A stretch of DNA of 64,000 nucleotides from Strigamia acuminata (Eukaryota), in the NCBI GenBank assembly GCA_949358305.1, contig OX442314.1, forward strand, positions 29,636,001 through 29,700,000, in the 5' to 3' direction. This document shows positions 10,333 through 21,625 of this stretch, piece by piece (position 1 is the stretch's first letter; the number at the start of each line of letters is the position of its first letter). Under the pieces are notes generated by a model that worked only from the letters and a program-made list of their open reading frames with translations, searched no databases and had not been told where the DNA came from. Made by a program: the position numbers and the translations under genes.

Positions 10333-10537
10333 ATGTGGTAGTTAATTTGAAGTTTTAGTTGAGGGATAAAACATGTATTGATTATTTCAAATTGATTTTC
10401 CACAAAACAAGTTGCTAATCATCATTTTCTGCACGACATCCGCCGCTCTTCATTTTTTATTTATGCTGAATAACACGAAAGTGTAAACTCGATAACTACT
10501 TACTTTAATTTTCTTCAACAGCGTCAGTTGTGCAATC

Positions 10538-12456
10538 ATGCTGCAACGCAAACGGGCTCGTCCTAGTTATCCCGTCAAAGTATTCGTATACAGGTGCAGA
10601 AGTGTTAAAAAAGTTAGACGCGTCATATCCGAAGAAGATCAAATTAAATTTTTGGGATTAAACAAATTGAATGATCGATCGTACAGCGCAGTTTCCAAAT
10701 TTATTTGGTTTATAATTGTCGTGGCTTGCTTCGGCGGCTGTTGCTTCCAAATTTCCACACGCGTGATCATCTACCTTGAAGGATCAATTACACTCGAAGT
10801 GAAATTAACACCGCAAACGTTTTTTACACCACCTTCAGTCACGTTATGCGGCACAAATATGTTGTTTATGATGCTAAAATTGAGAAAAAATAGGTCAGAC
10901 GAGCATATTGTAAACAATCAAATCGATACGGTCAAATTATGGAATACAGTGGGTCAAGTGCATCCGAAAGACTTAGTTTCCTTATTCATTGTAAGTTTAC
11001 GTAAAATTAACCAAATATTGCACTAGTTACTTAAATCAAGTTTGCGCCCGCCAATTTGATAACGGGCACAAATTGTTCAAGCAAAGAGATAGAATTTTGA
11101 TTTTTGATTGAAGTACGTTTGTTCTTCACTAGTGCAAAGACGGATCCAGCGATGACTGTAGAAAACCAGTTGCACAATCAATGATAACTGAGACCTTTAA
11201 TACAATATTTGGACGTTGTACTATGCTGACTATGAGTAAGTTATCTGTAAAATATAAACACCTTATTGAGCCAGGGTTTGGAGTATGCAGTAGTCATCAG
11301 TGGTGGACCGGCCAAGGCATTAGTCTGTGGGCCCCTTAATCATTAAACAATATGTAATAATGTAACTTCCAACATTGTAATAGTGGTGGGCCCCCTTTGT
11401 CTCTTGACAACCAATATTTTTAGACCCAGTCCACTATTGATAGTCAGTGGCGCATCATGGCACTCACTGATCATGTGGTTCAAAAATTTTGCTTACATAA
11501 TTGTAGAGGAGAAAATGCTATTTAGAGGTCCAGTTACATTTGTAGATCTCTTCTGGAACAGTGTCAACTCAACCTATCCCCCACCAGAAGAAAATACAAT
11601 AGTAGTAGGTTTTTATAACGAAAATAAGGACAATTGTATTATAATTTTGGGGTGGGGAATTTTTAGTTTTCTCTCTACAAGGATACGTTCAAGCATGTAC
11701 ATGATGGCATAATTGTTGCCGATTATGCTGATGTCAATTATTATACAAGATTTCGGATATCTGCAAAAGAGGTAAAGTATTTCTTGCATTCAAAGTTTCT
11801 GCTTTTGCTATTTTCAAAAACAATAATAAAAAAATGTAAAAACCGAAATCAGAACATGCCTTGTTTTAGATTCATTTACGGATTCATTTGTATTTACTTT
11901 AGTACAATAATTTGGATATGCCTCACAATCCCTGTGCTCCAGAGGAGGAAGTCGTTTCTTGTCTGAACACATGCATTGACAAAACAATGTTGCAGAATAT
12001 GACCTGTGGGTAAGATGACCAAGTCGTTTTTAAAAAACGTTTTTTTCGTTCTATAAATCTTGTGTTTTTGTCAGATTGCCATTTATCAATTCTACATTGC
12101 CGCAGTGCACTGGCGTTAGCGAAACTGTAGATAATTACGTGTTTGCGTTAGAATTTACTTCGACAATGGCACGCCAATGTCAGTCTTGCAGATGCAAACG
12201 CAAATGCAACGAAGTAAAATACACACTGCACAAAGATATTCAGAGAATAAATAAAGAGAGTAACGATACACATTTGAGGTTGTTCTATGCAGACGAGACA
12301 CATGAAACGTTAACAGAGCGGGAATTGTTCACGCTTTCATCATTATTCAGTGATATTGGAGGAACCATGGGTGTATATCTTGGCATTAGCATATTCACAA
12401 TTCTTGATCTTACTAGCACTCTAATCCGAAAATTACTTCAATTTGTTTCTAAATGA
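10538..12456 (+). CDS. DEG/ENaC (pickpocket/ASIC-like) channel, paralog 1, ~415 aa; exons 10538-10990, 11133-11235, 11507-11604, 11667-11771, 11903-12009, 12075-12456
   Basis: TM1, PSVTLC, TIFGRC, Cys-rich thumb, TM2 LFSDIGGTMGVYLGISIFT with GxS filter; GT-AG introns give a continuous frame. Confidence 0.92.
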
Positions 12457-12540
12457 TTTGTAGCTTCAATTTAGATTTAAATATAAATAAAGATTAAAAC
12501 TTGTTTGGCATTTCTTTCCTTTTTTTAAACTTCTACAAGT

Positions 12541-13537
12541 TGTGGTGACCCCACTAGGATGGCTCAGCTTGGAGCAGCTGCACCGTGACCCACTTTCTTC
12601 TTGTGGGAGAGTGGAGGCCGCTTCCCCCTTTCTCAGTGCATTGACATTTTGTCAATGGGCAAGTGTCTGCCCCTAGGAAGCGGGGAGGACTCTACTCGAC
12701 GACATGCATTGGGTGACATCGGTCACCTGATGGCCCTCTTTTGTGCCAAGGAATTTGCCTCAGCACCAAGAGGGCAGAACAAATACAGAAAACGAACAAA
12801 CAACACGTAAAACCCAACGTCCTAAACCGTCAGGCCTTCGCAACCAAAGCAAGGAGTGACTTAACACATTGTACAATTTATACGTGATTAACGTTATTTC
12901 TGCACAACCTTCGCAGTTGCTAAACTGCGATATCAAACTTAGCCACGACACTTAGGCAACATTTCTCACTAACCGTGGGAAACAGCCAAATTAGCGTTGT
13001 ATTCAGTAGTTAGCGAGTCGTGAGGATATTGCCTCACAAGCCTAACTACTAAGACGCTCTTCGCCGAGGTTTGAATCGCCGGAGAGGCAAAATCCGCCTT
13101 TGTGTGCATCGCCGGATAAATGAAGTAAGTCTCTGTGTGGGCTTTCGTAGAACAAACGGAACCCTATACAACAGCCAAGGATTTCAGTCTCTCGTTGAGA
13201 GCATTCCACTCGCGCGATAGCATGAGCCCACGAGGACCAAGAAGGAAGACAAAGACGACTGCAGGACGACAACGGACCAACACACTCGAGGTAAACTCGC
13301 GTGCGAATTCGACCGCCATTTTGGATCGCCTTTGAAATCACATTCATTAATAGTATTGCATTCTTTATCGGGTGAAATAAACATCCCTTATATTTTATAC
13401 ACTTGTGTAATTCTTTGGGTAACCGCTCTAACAAAGCGGTAATTAAAAAGGTAAGTGAATCTCAACCATGTAAAGTAACTTCGGAGACGGTAGAGCGCGA
13501 CAAACTTCAATTCCTTCAACCCAACACATTCATCACA
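12541..13537 (+). repeat. Possible solo LTR (~1 kb)
   Basis: TGTGGTGA...TCATCACA termini, higher GC than flanks, AATAAA near 13376; no target-site duplication found. Confidence 0.35.
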
Positions 13538-13568
13538 ATGGTTAGTATTTAAAATGTCATGAATATAC

Positions 13569-13823
13569 TGTGGAGTTTTTCGGGCGTAACTGGCGATAAC
13601 GATCGCCAGGGGGCGGGCGGACACAAACGGAATATGTCCGAGAAACGTTTTGGGGGTGAACAGCCAATTGGGGGCCGTTCTTTGTAATCAACCAATCAGG
13701 GTTGACCAGTGTGATATATAATCAGTTTGTTTTGTTTAATAAAATCACTTGAAGTTAACTAGAGCTTGTAGTTGTGTCTTGGTAATTTCGGGTCAGCTAG
13801 TCTCAGCTTTGAGATAGTTTACA
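13569..13823 (+). repeat. 5' LTR
   Basis: TG...CA direct repeat of 18794-19048; TATATATA and AATAAA inside. Confidence 0.96.
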
Positions 13824-14016
13824 TCAGAAGTGGGGTAGAAGGATTCGATGCGACGATAAGTTAGACGAATAAAGTAGAAGACGATTGTTTTTGGCGACTG
13901 AAGCAGAATTCGAAATTCGGGTTAGCAAATAACGCGTGAACAATTCGGGAAACGAGAGAGTCGATTCGCCGAAACAAACACGTGTTACGAAGGTTAGCCG
14001 AATTACGAGAAAAGAG

Positions 14017-17000
14017 ATGGCCGGAGCAAAAGCAGTCGTAGCGAAAATCAGACGCGGAGCATTCCCAACGGAGGCCGAGTGGGACAAACTGAGAGCCAAA
14101 GACGTCCAGCCAATGTTGATAGAACGGAATATCGTGCCGCCGAGATTAAAACGAGATATGATCACCACGTTGCGACTAGCCGTGCTTACAGAGCTAGGAC
14201 TCGCGGACGAAGACGTGAATCAAGAAGAGGTAGAGGAAGACGACAAAGAAGAAGAAGAGAAAGACGAAGAGAAAGCAGAAGACAACAATCCGAAGATAGA
14301 AGAAAACGCGCCGATACAAGCGATGATAAACGGCAGATTTAGTGCGGATCAAGTGCAAAAGCTAATGCAAACGCAAATGAAGCAAATGATGGAGGCGATG
14401 CTAGCGATGCAGACGAAACCAGAGGCGCCGAAAGAGAAGAAAGAAGTTAAGAACGCGCCAAAGTTACCACGATTTTCGGGCACTCGAAGCGAGCTGCGTA
14501 CGACCACGCAATGGTTACAAGACGTCCGTGAATACGCGAAGGAATACCAATGGACGAACGTAACTACGGTGACGACGGCGGCAGCAGCGTTAGAAGGACC
14601 AGCGAAGGTGTGGCAAGACAGCGCGGGAACGACGATCCGGAACTTCGACGTATGGGCGGTTGAGCTAACAAAGAATTTTTCAGATCGACAGTTGTCGTAC
14701 GAAGACAAAGAAAGATTGATTCGAGCGCTGCAGAAAAACGACGAGACCACCGAAACCTATTTGCGACAAAAGTGGGCCACGTGCGAACGGTTGGGAATGT
14801 CGATCAACGACGCGCAGAATTACCTGTTAGACGGATTGAAGAGCAAGTCGGCAACGGCGCCGATGTACGTCGTCAAATACCAACACATTAGCGATATGGT
14901 TGGAACGGCGCAAGACTTGGAAGCGCGAGCAAAGGGGACAACGATCGAAGCTAAAACGAGGCCAAGCGTGGCGAAGCCGAACGGAAGGGGATTCGACGCA
15001 GGACCGAAGTGTTACAAGTGTGGCGAGAAGGGACATCAAAAGGCGGATAGTCCAAACGAGATGAAGTGTTTTAAGTGCCACGAGTCGGGACATTTGGCAA
15101 ACGCGTGTCCAAACGGAGTGAAATGTTTCAGTTGCAACGGTTTCGGGCATATGGCAAACACGTGTCCAGAGCCGAAGAAAGAGCGGAAGCAGCCACCGAA
15201 GGACAAGTTGGACGTTAAGACGAAGAAGATTTACAAAATCGAAGCCGAGGAGATGCAGCCAGAATTCGAGACCATGATGTGGGTCGATGGAAAGAAATGC
15301 AGCGCGGGAATCGATACGCAAAGCGCCGTGTGTCTAATTAGTAAGACGTTTTCGCAACGTACGAAGATCGAAGAGCCGGACTACGAATACGTGATCGAAG
15401 GGTTCAATCAGGACGCAAGTCGCTACCGCGGACGAACGAGGTGTGATGTAGAAAGCGCAAACGTGAAATTAACGGGTGTCGAGTTCTACGTGGTCGACGA
15501 CGCCAAAATGCCGACGGAAGTCTGGATAGGGAAACCATTCCTGAAACACCCGACGATCACGATGCAATCAGACGGAGGATACGTAACGTTCAGACCGAGG
15601 GAAGGGATGCAAGACGAATCAGGAATTTCAAGAATCCAGCCAAAAATCACTGCAGCAAAGCCGCGAGCGCTCGTGATCGACGAAAACAAAGTGGTACCAG
15701 CCCACTCGATAAGTTTGGTGACGGTGCGAGCGAAGAGTCAGTCAGACGGGTTGTTTTACGTAGAAAACGAGCACGCGGTGACAGATCGATTGGAAGTACC
15801 GGAAGGCCTGATCGAAGTGAAGAACGAGCGAGCAACGATGCCGATAATCAACAACGGGCCAGAAGAAGTCCGAATCACACGAGGACGGAAGCTTGGACAC
15901 GTCGAAATCACTGAAGAAGAGCCATCGTTACGCCAAGTACAAATCAAGAAAGTCGCAACGATCGAGGCAGGTCCGAAAACGCGAATAACGGCCGACGAGA
16001 TTAACTTGGGCAAGTCGGTGACGCCAGAAGAGAAGGAGATCGTATTGACGATGATCAACGACGAATTTCGGGACTGTTTCGCGACGAGTTTGGAGGAGGT
16101 CGGATGTTTTCCAGACCTCAAAATGGATATCGAGCTAACAACAACGAGACCAACGAATTTGCGGCGATACCAGTATTCAGCAGCGCAGCAAAAAGAGATC
16201 GACAAGATGGTCGCCGAATTGGAAGGAGCAGGATTCGTGACGCGATCAAAGAGTCCATTCAACAGTCCGATCGTGATGGTGCGCAAGAAAACCGGCGAAT
16301 GGAGAATTTGTATCGATTTCAGGTCGCTCAACGAAATAACGGTGAAGGAACACTTTCCGTGTCCCAGGATGGATGAGTTACTCGACGGGACGCACGAATG
16401 GCGAGTCTTCCTAGTGTTCGATTTGGCGTCGGGTTACTACCAGAACGAATTGACGGCCGGAGCGCAAGAGAAAACAGCATTTTCGACAATGAACGGCAAA
16501 TATCAGTTTGTGCGGATGCCGTTTGGGTGGATAAACGCGCCGTTTGTTTTCAATCGAGTAATGGAGTTGGCGTTCGGACATTTGCCATACGAAGTACTGC
16601 GCAGATATATGGACGATCTTCTATCGGGTGCGAAAACGAACGCAGAGTTAATCGAAAAGATGCGAAAGATCTTAATCGAGGTGAGAAGATCGAAGCTCAC
16701 ATTGAAGTTGAGCAAGTGCCACTTCCTCTGCGAAGAAGTACAGTTTCTCGGGCTACGACTGACGAAGGACGGCCTACAACCAGGATTCGAGAAAACAAGC
16801 GCGATCAAGAATTTTGCGAAGCCGAAAGACGTACGAGGCGTAAGGAGTTTCTTGGGGTTGTGTGGGTATTTCCGACGATTTATTGCGGGATATGCGACAA
16901 AAACAAGAGCACTAACGAAATTGACTCGAAAGAACGAAACGTTTGTGTGGACGACCGAGTGTGAAGCGGCGTTTCAGGGGTTGATTGGAGAATTGATTGC

Positions 17001-18780
17001 GGAGCCAGTGTTGAAGATCTACGATAACACACGACCATGCGAGGTGCATACGGACGCATCACAAGACAGGATTGGAGCAGTATTGATGCAGCGAGGCGAA
17101 GGAAACGATTTGCATCCGATTATCTACGCGAGTAGAACAACGACCGAATGCGAGAAACGATACCATTCGACGGAGCTCGAGTTAATGGCGGTGGTTTGGG
17201 CAGTGTTAAAGTTTCGGATGTACTTATACGGCGCAGAATTCACGGTGGTGACAGATTGCGAAGCAGTACGATACGGACTGAAGAAACGTGAGTTAACGCC
17301 ACGAATCGGGAGATGGGTATTGGCGCTTTCGGAATATAATTTCAAAGCAATACATCGACCAGGATTACTCATGGGCCACATCGACGCCCTGAGTAGGAAC
17401 GCGGAACCAGCAAGCGGCGAGGAAACGGAGATGGAACGACGGTTCAAAGTTAACCAAATTAAATTTACAGAAGGCGACTGGCTCGTGGCTGCGCAGGAAA
17501 GCGATTCCGGGTGTAAAGAGTTGAAGGACGCGTTGTTGGTAGAAGATAAAAGTTTATTGGACGAACGAATGCAGCACAAGAGTCGGGGATACAAGATCAA
17601 GAAGGGACACGTTTATTTCGAGTTATCAGCAAACGGACGGCGAAGAGATGTGTTGTATTTGCCCAAAATGATGCGGAGACAGATCACGAACGAAGTACAT
17701 ATTGGACACGCGCATCCGGGAGTCGACGCAACGATTGAGGCGATTCGGAAGAGGTTTTGGTTCCCCAGGATGCGAAGTTACGTGAAAGCAGCCGTAGGAG
17801 CGTGTATCGAGTGTTTGATGAGGAAAGAACCAGGAGGAAAACGAGCCGGCGAATTGAATATCATTGAGAGGCAAAGGGTGCCGTTCCACACGGTTCACCT
17901 GGATCATGTGGGCCCCTTTCCAAAGAGCGGCATTGGGTACCGACACATTTTGGTGGCGGTATGCAATTTTTCAAAATTGGTTTTTCTGATGCCGGTAAAA
18001 TCGACGAACGCAACGACTACGTGCAAAGAGATTCGGAAGTTATGCGCACGAATGTGGATCCCGACACGGATTATTACAGATCGAGGAACTGCGTTTACCA
18101 ACGCATTGTTTGCAGAAATGTGCAAAGAATTCGAGATTCGACACGTGCTGACTTCGACGGAAAATCCGAGAGCAAACGGGCAAGTGGAAAAAATGAACCG
18201 AACGATAGTCCCGATGTTGGCGAGCCAAACAACGAAGGACGACGGGAGCGATTGGAGCAGAGGGATTGACAAGGTCGAAATCGCGATCAACTCAAGAGTC
18301 AACCAATCGACCAAGAAAACACCATTGGAGGTGTTGTACGGGTTCCAGCCGAGAACGATCATCGAGCCAAGATTGGTAGCGATAGTAGTTGAGGAAAACG
18401 ACAAAGACGAGACGGAAATCGAAGACGTAAGAAACGAAGCGTACGAAACACTGACGGAAAACCAGATCAAGCAGAAAAAGGCGTTCGATAGACATCGAGG
18501 ACCAAACCGGACATACGAAGTCGGGGATATGGTCGTCGTACGAAGGAAAGCGATCGCAATACAAGGCAAAGCGGGAAAACTCAGTAATTTGTACCGAGGA
18601 CCATTGCGAGTAAGTCGGCGGATTTCGAGCACAGTGTACGAGATTACAAGTCTTGAGAACCCGCCTCGATACAAAACGACCGCACCAATCGACCAGATGA
18701 AGAAGTGGACATTCGAGGACGACGCGACATCAGGGGCCGAAGACGAATTAACAAGTGTCGGCGGGGACGCCGACATTTAG
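14017..18780 (+). CDS. Gag-Pol polyprotein (three zinc knuckles, PR, RT, RH, IN); first ATG 14017
   Basis: CFKCHESGHLANAC, CFSCNGFGHMANTC, degenerate CYKCGEKGHQKADS; WRICIDFR, YMDD, HTDAS, HHCC, DHVGP...ITDRG...NGQVE. Confidence 0.95.
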   Translation: MAGAKAVVAKIRRGAFPTEAEWDKLRAKDVQPMLIERNIVPPRLKRDMITTLRLAVLTELGLADEDVNQEEVEEDDKEEEEKDEEKAEDNNPKIEENAPIQAMINGRFSADQVQKLMQTQMKQMMEAMLAMQTKPEAPKEKKEVKNAPKLPRFSGTRSELRTTTQWLQDVREYAKEYQWTNVTTVTTAAAALEGPAKVWQDSAGTTIRNFDVWAVELTKNFSDRQLSYEDKERLIRALQKNDETTETYLRQKWATCERLGMSINDAQNYLLDGLKSKSATAPMYVVKYQHISDMVGTAQDLEARAKGTTIEAKTRPSVAKPNGRGFDAGPKCYKCGEKGHQKADSPNEMKCFKCHESGHLANACPNGVKCFSCNGFGHMANTCPEPKKERKQPPKDKLDVKTKKIYKIEAEEMQPEFETMMWVDGKKCSAGIDTQSAVCLISKTFSQRTKIEEPDYEYVIEGFNQDASRYRGRTRCDVESANVKLTGVEFYVVDDAKMPTEVWIGKPFLKHPTITMQSDGGYVTFRPREGMQDESGISRIQPKITAAKPRALVIDENKVVPAHSISLVTVRAKSQSDGLFYVENEHAVTDRLEVPEGLIEVKNERATMPIINNGPEEVRITRGRKLGHVEITEEEPSLRQVQIKKVATIEAGPKTRITADEINLGKSVTPEEKEIVLTMINDEFRDCFATSLEEVGCFPDLKMDIELTTTRPTNLRRYQYSAAQQKEIDKMVAELEGAGFVTRSKSPFNSPIVMVRKKTGEWRICIDFRSLNEITVKEHFPCPRMDELLDGTHEWRVFLVFDLASGYYQNELTAGAQEKTAFSTMNGKYQFVRMPFGWINAPFVFNRVMELAFGHLPYEVLRRYMDDLLSGAKTNAELIEKMRKILIEVRRSKLTLKLSKCHFLCEEVQFLGLRLTKDGLQPGFEKTSAIKNFAKPKDVRGVRSFLGLCGYFRRFIAGYATKTRALTKLTRKNETFVWTTECEAAFQGLIGELIAEPVLKIYDNTRPCEVHTDASQDRIGAVLMQRGEGNDLHPIIYASRTTTECEKRYHSTELELMAVVWAVLKFRMYLYGAEFTVVTDCEAVRYGLKKRELTPRIGRWVLALSEYNFKAIHRPGLLMGHIDALSRNAEPASGEETEMERRFKVNQIKFTEGDWLVAAQESDSGCKELKDALLVEDKSLLDERMQHKSRGYKIKKGHVYFELSANGRRRDVLYLPKMMRRQITNEVHIGHAHPGVDATIEAIRKRFWFPRMRSYVKAAVGACIECLMRKEPGGKRAGELNIIERQRVPFHTVHLDHVGPFPKSGIGYRHILVAVCNFSKLVFLMPVKSTNATTTCKEIRKLCARMWIPTRIITDRGTAFTNALFAEMCKEFEIRHVLTSTENPRANGQVEKMNRTIVPMLASQTTKDDGSDWSRGIDKVEIAINSRVNQSTKKTPLEVLYGFQPRTIIEPRLVAIVVEENDKDETEIEDVRNEAYETLTENQIKQKKAFDRHRGPNRTYEVGDMVVVRRKAIAIQGKAGKLSNLYRGPLRVSRRISSTVYEITSLENPPRYKTTAPIDQMKKWTFEDDATSGAEDELTSVGGDADI

Positions 18781-18793
18781 TCGGATGACCGAG

Positions 18794-19048
18794 TGTGGAG
18801 TTTTTCGGGCGTAACTGGCGATAACGATCGCCAGGGGGCGGGCGGACACAAACGGAATATGTCCGAGAAACGTTTTGGGGGTGAACAGCCAATTGGGGGC
18901 CGTTCTTTGTAATCAACCAATCAGGGTTGACCAGTGTGATATATAATCAGTTTGTTTTGTTTAATAAAATCACTTGAAGTTAACTAGAGCTTGTAGTTGT
19001 GTTTTGGTAATTTCGGGTCAGCTAGTCTCAGCTTTGAGATAGTTTACA
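18794..19048 (+). repeat. 3' LTR
   Basis: Direct repeat of 13569-13823 followed by TSD ATAC. Confidence 0.96.
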
Positions 19049-19490
19049 ATACTATCAGACAAGTGGTAATTTTCGTGTTGAGTTTTTTCTTTAGTGAAGG
19101 CGATTACTGAGAATTTAATGGTAAAGTTCTATAAAGTGGTGTCATAAAACGAAAAGTTGTTGTCTAATAAAACAGTGCTGTATTCTCTTGGATGTCTCAT
19201 TACTGATCATAATGCATAAGTGACACCGGTAATATTAAATTGATTTCCCACAAACTGAATCTCAATTACAATTTTATTAAACATATTTTGCTGCAACGAT
19301 TTCCGATTGCTCTACATTTCGGAACTCGTCTTCCATTTTACGACTTTGTCTTCTTTTAATACGGCACTAAAAGCATAACGACAACTACTAAAAACATTAA
19401 CTATCATTCTATATTGCGTATCTTTTGTTGTGGGATAGTCTTTGGCTTCATCTCCCGGCAAAACTCAGTCACGAGACGTTACATCTTATT

Positions 19491-21120
19491 ATGTTGCGAG
19501 TTAAACCTATCAGAGCTGTTAGGCCTACCAATATTTACGTCTACAGATGCATCAGCGAAAAGAAACGAACGAAGAAACCAACAAGAGATGCGACACAAAC
19601 TGAACCTCAAATTTCGTTTCTGGGATTGCATAAGTTATACGATCATTCTCACAGTCTATTTTCAAAAGTGTTGTGGTCTGTGATCGTTTTAAGTTGTTCT
19701 ACGAGTTGTTTGTACCAAATTTTCACCCGTGTGAGCTTTTTTCTCGAAGGTTCGGTCACGCTCGATGTTAAGTTGAGACCGCAAACATCGTTCTTCTTTC
19801 CTTCGATCACTTTATGCAATTCGAATCTGCTTCATCTAATGTTGGTTTTGAGTTCTGGGAATCCGACAGAGCAGGTTATTGGCAATCAAACCACTGATTT
19901 AACCGATACAAACAGTTTGTGGAATACAGTGGGAAGAATCCCTCATGAAAACATACGCATGTATTTATTGGTAAGTGAAATTAATAATATATCGAATGGC
20001 TGGTGTTTGGTTGACATTTTATTTGGTTTTAATTAGTGCAAAGATGAAATGAGCAACGACTGCACAACACCAGTTGCTGACTTAATGATAACTGATTATG
20101 TGAATACTTTATATGGAAGTTGTCTGATGCTCACTATGAGTAATATATTACATTATAATTACATTATGTTACCGTAAAATACTGGAGGTGTTTAATTGGG
20201 GATTAATACTTATTTAATTGTAGAAAAGAAAATGGATTACAGAGGTCCACACACTTATGTCAAGTTGCTCTTGAACACTATTAATGCATTTTTTGCTTTT
20301 TCGGTTAATACTCAATTAATTGTAAGATGTTACACAGCAATATGGCAAAGAAAGATTTTATATATTCAACTATGATTGGATATTTTTAGTTCTTTCTTCA
20401 CAGTGATTCATTCAAGCATGTGCATGATGGTTTAATAGTAGCTGAAAATGCCCAGACCGGTTATTTTACAAAATTTCGAATATATGCAAAAGAGGTAGTA
20501 GAAACGACATAATAATGATATATAATATTATTATTATTACACAATATATTTTAGTTTGAAAATTTAAATTTGCGTCAAAATCCGTGCGCACCAGCAGAGG
20601 AAGTCGACACATGTCTTAATAATTGCATCGATAAAATATTACGTAAGAAGTTAAACTGCCAGTAAGAAAACAATATAAATGCATATAAAAAAATATTTTT
20701 TATTACAAGGTATTTTGTTTTTTCTTTATCAGATTACCATTTATCAATTCTACATTACCAGCGTGCACAAACATTCGTCAAATTCTTGATGGGTATTGGT
20801 TAACTTTGAACATGAGTGTCCACATGGCGAAAACACTCGAAGATTGTAAATGCAAACGAAAATGCACCAAGATGAAATACATAGTGAACAAAGACACTCA
20901 GCGAATTAACGAGAACGTTAACGAAGCAAAATTGCAATTACTCTACGCGGACGACATACACGAAACGTTAATCGAGCGGGAAATGTTCCCGCTTTCAGAA
21001 TTACTCAGTGATATTGGAGGAACCGTTGGCGTATACCTTGGAATAAGCATTTTTACAATTACTGAACTAATAAGTTCTCTACTCACACGTACAATTTCTA
21101 AGATTAAACACTTACGATAA
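19491..21120 (+). CDS. DEG/ENaC paralog 2, ~426 aa; exons 19491-19970, 20037-20139, 20224-20321, 20390-20494, 20555-20661, 20733-21120
   Basis: FPSITLCN, TLYGSC, thumb cysteines, LLSDIGGTVGVYLGISIFT; internal exons 103/98/105/107 nt as in the other paralogs. Confidence 0.92.
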
Positions 21121-21625
21121 AATTTTCTATTTTTGAAAAAATTACGATGGCCCTTCTGGGCCACCATAGTATAATGTGTCAATAAATAATCACAGCACGC
21201 ACTTATGATGGGTGATGTTATAAATTGAGTTGTGTTGAATAATACTTGTATTATACTAATAAAATAATTCATGTGTGCAAATATAGGGATGATTGATCTA
21301 AAAATCCTTAAAATAATTTCACACGGGCATTAAAAATTTAATGGTTAATTAAGTGATGTCGGTGTTGTCTAATAAAATATTGTGTATTGCCATGGTTGTC
21401 AAATTACTGACTACAACGTAAAAAGTAATCGTTTTAAATTGATTTTCCTCATACAGAGTGTCGACTACAAGTTGTTTAATCACATTTTGCTGGCCAACTT
21501 CCTCTTGTAAATTGTCTTTTAGGAATTTTACGACTTCGTCTTGGTTAATGCGGCACTTAACGGTAATCAATATACACCGCATTAAATATTAACCAACTTT
21601 GAATATCGTGTAGATATCTTTAGAT

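Larger units (their letters stand above)
13569..19048 (+). mobile_element. Full-length Gypsy LTR retrotransposon, Micropia/mdg3-like
   Basis: 255-bp LTRs 13569-13823 and 18794-19048 (one mismatch seen, 13778 C vs 19003 T), TSD ATAC, PBS TCAGAAGTGGG, single gag-pol ORF. Confidence 0.96.

Noticed and set aside
17904..18776. 290-aa antisense ORF in the mdg3-like element and similar antisense ORFs in other elements
   Set aside because: In-register antisense to biased pol codons; no recognisable motifs
19425..19490. TTG start for paralog 2
   Set aside because: ATG at 19491 aligns with the starts of the other paralogs
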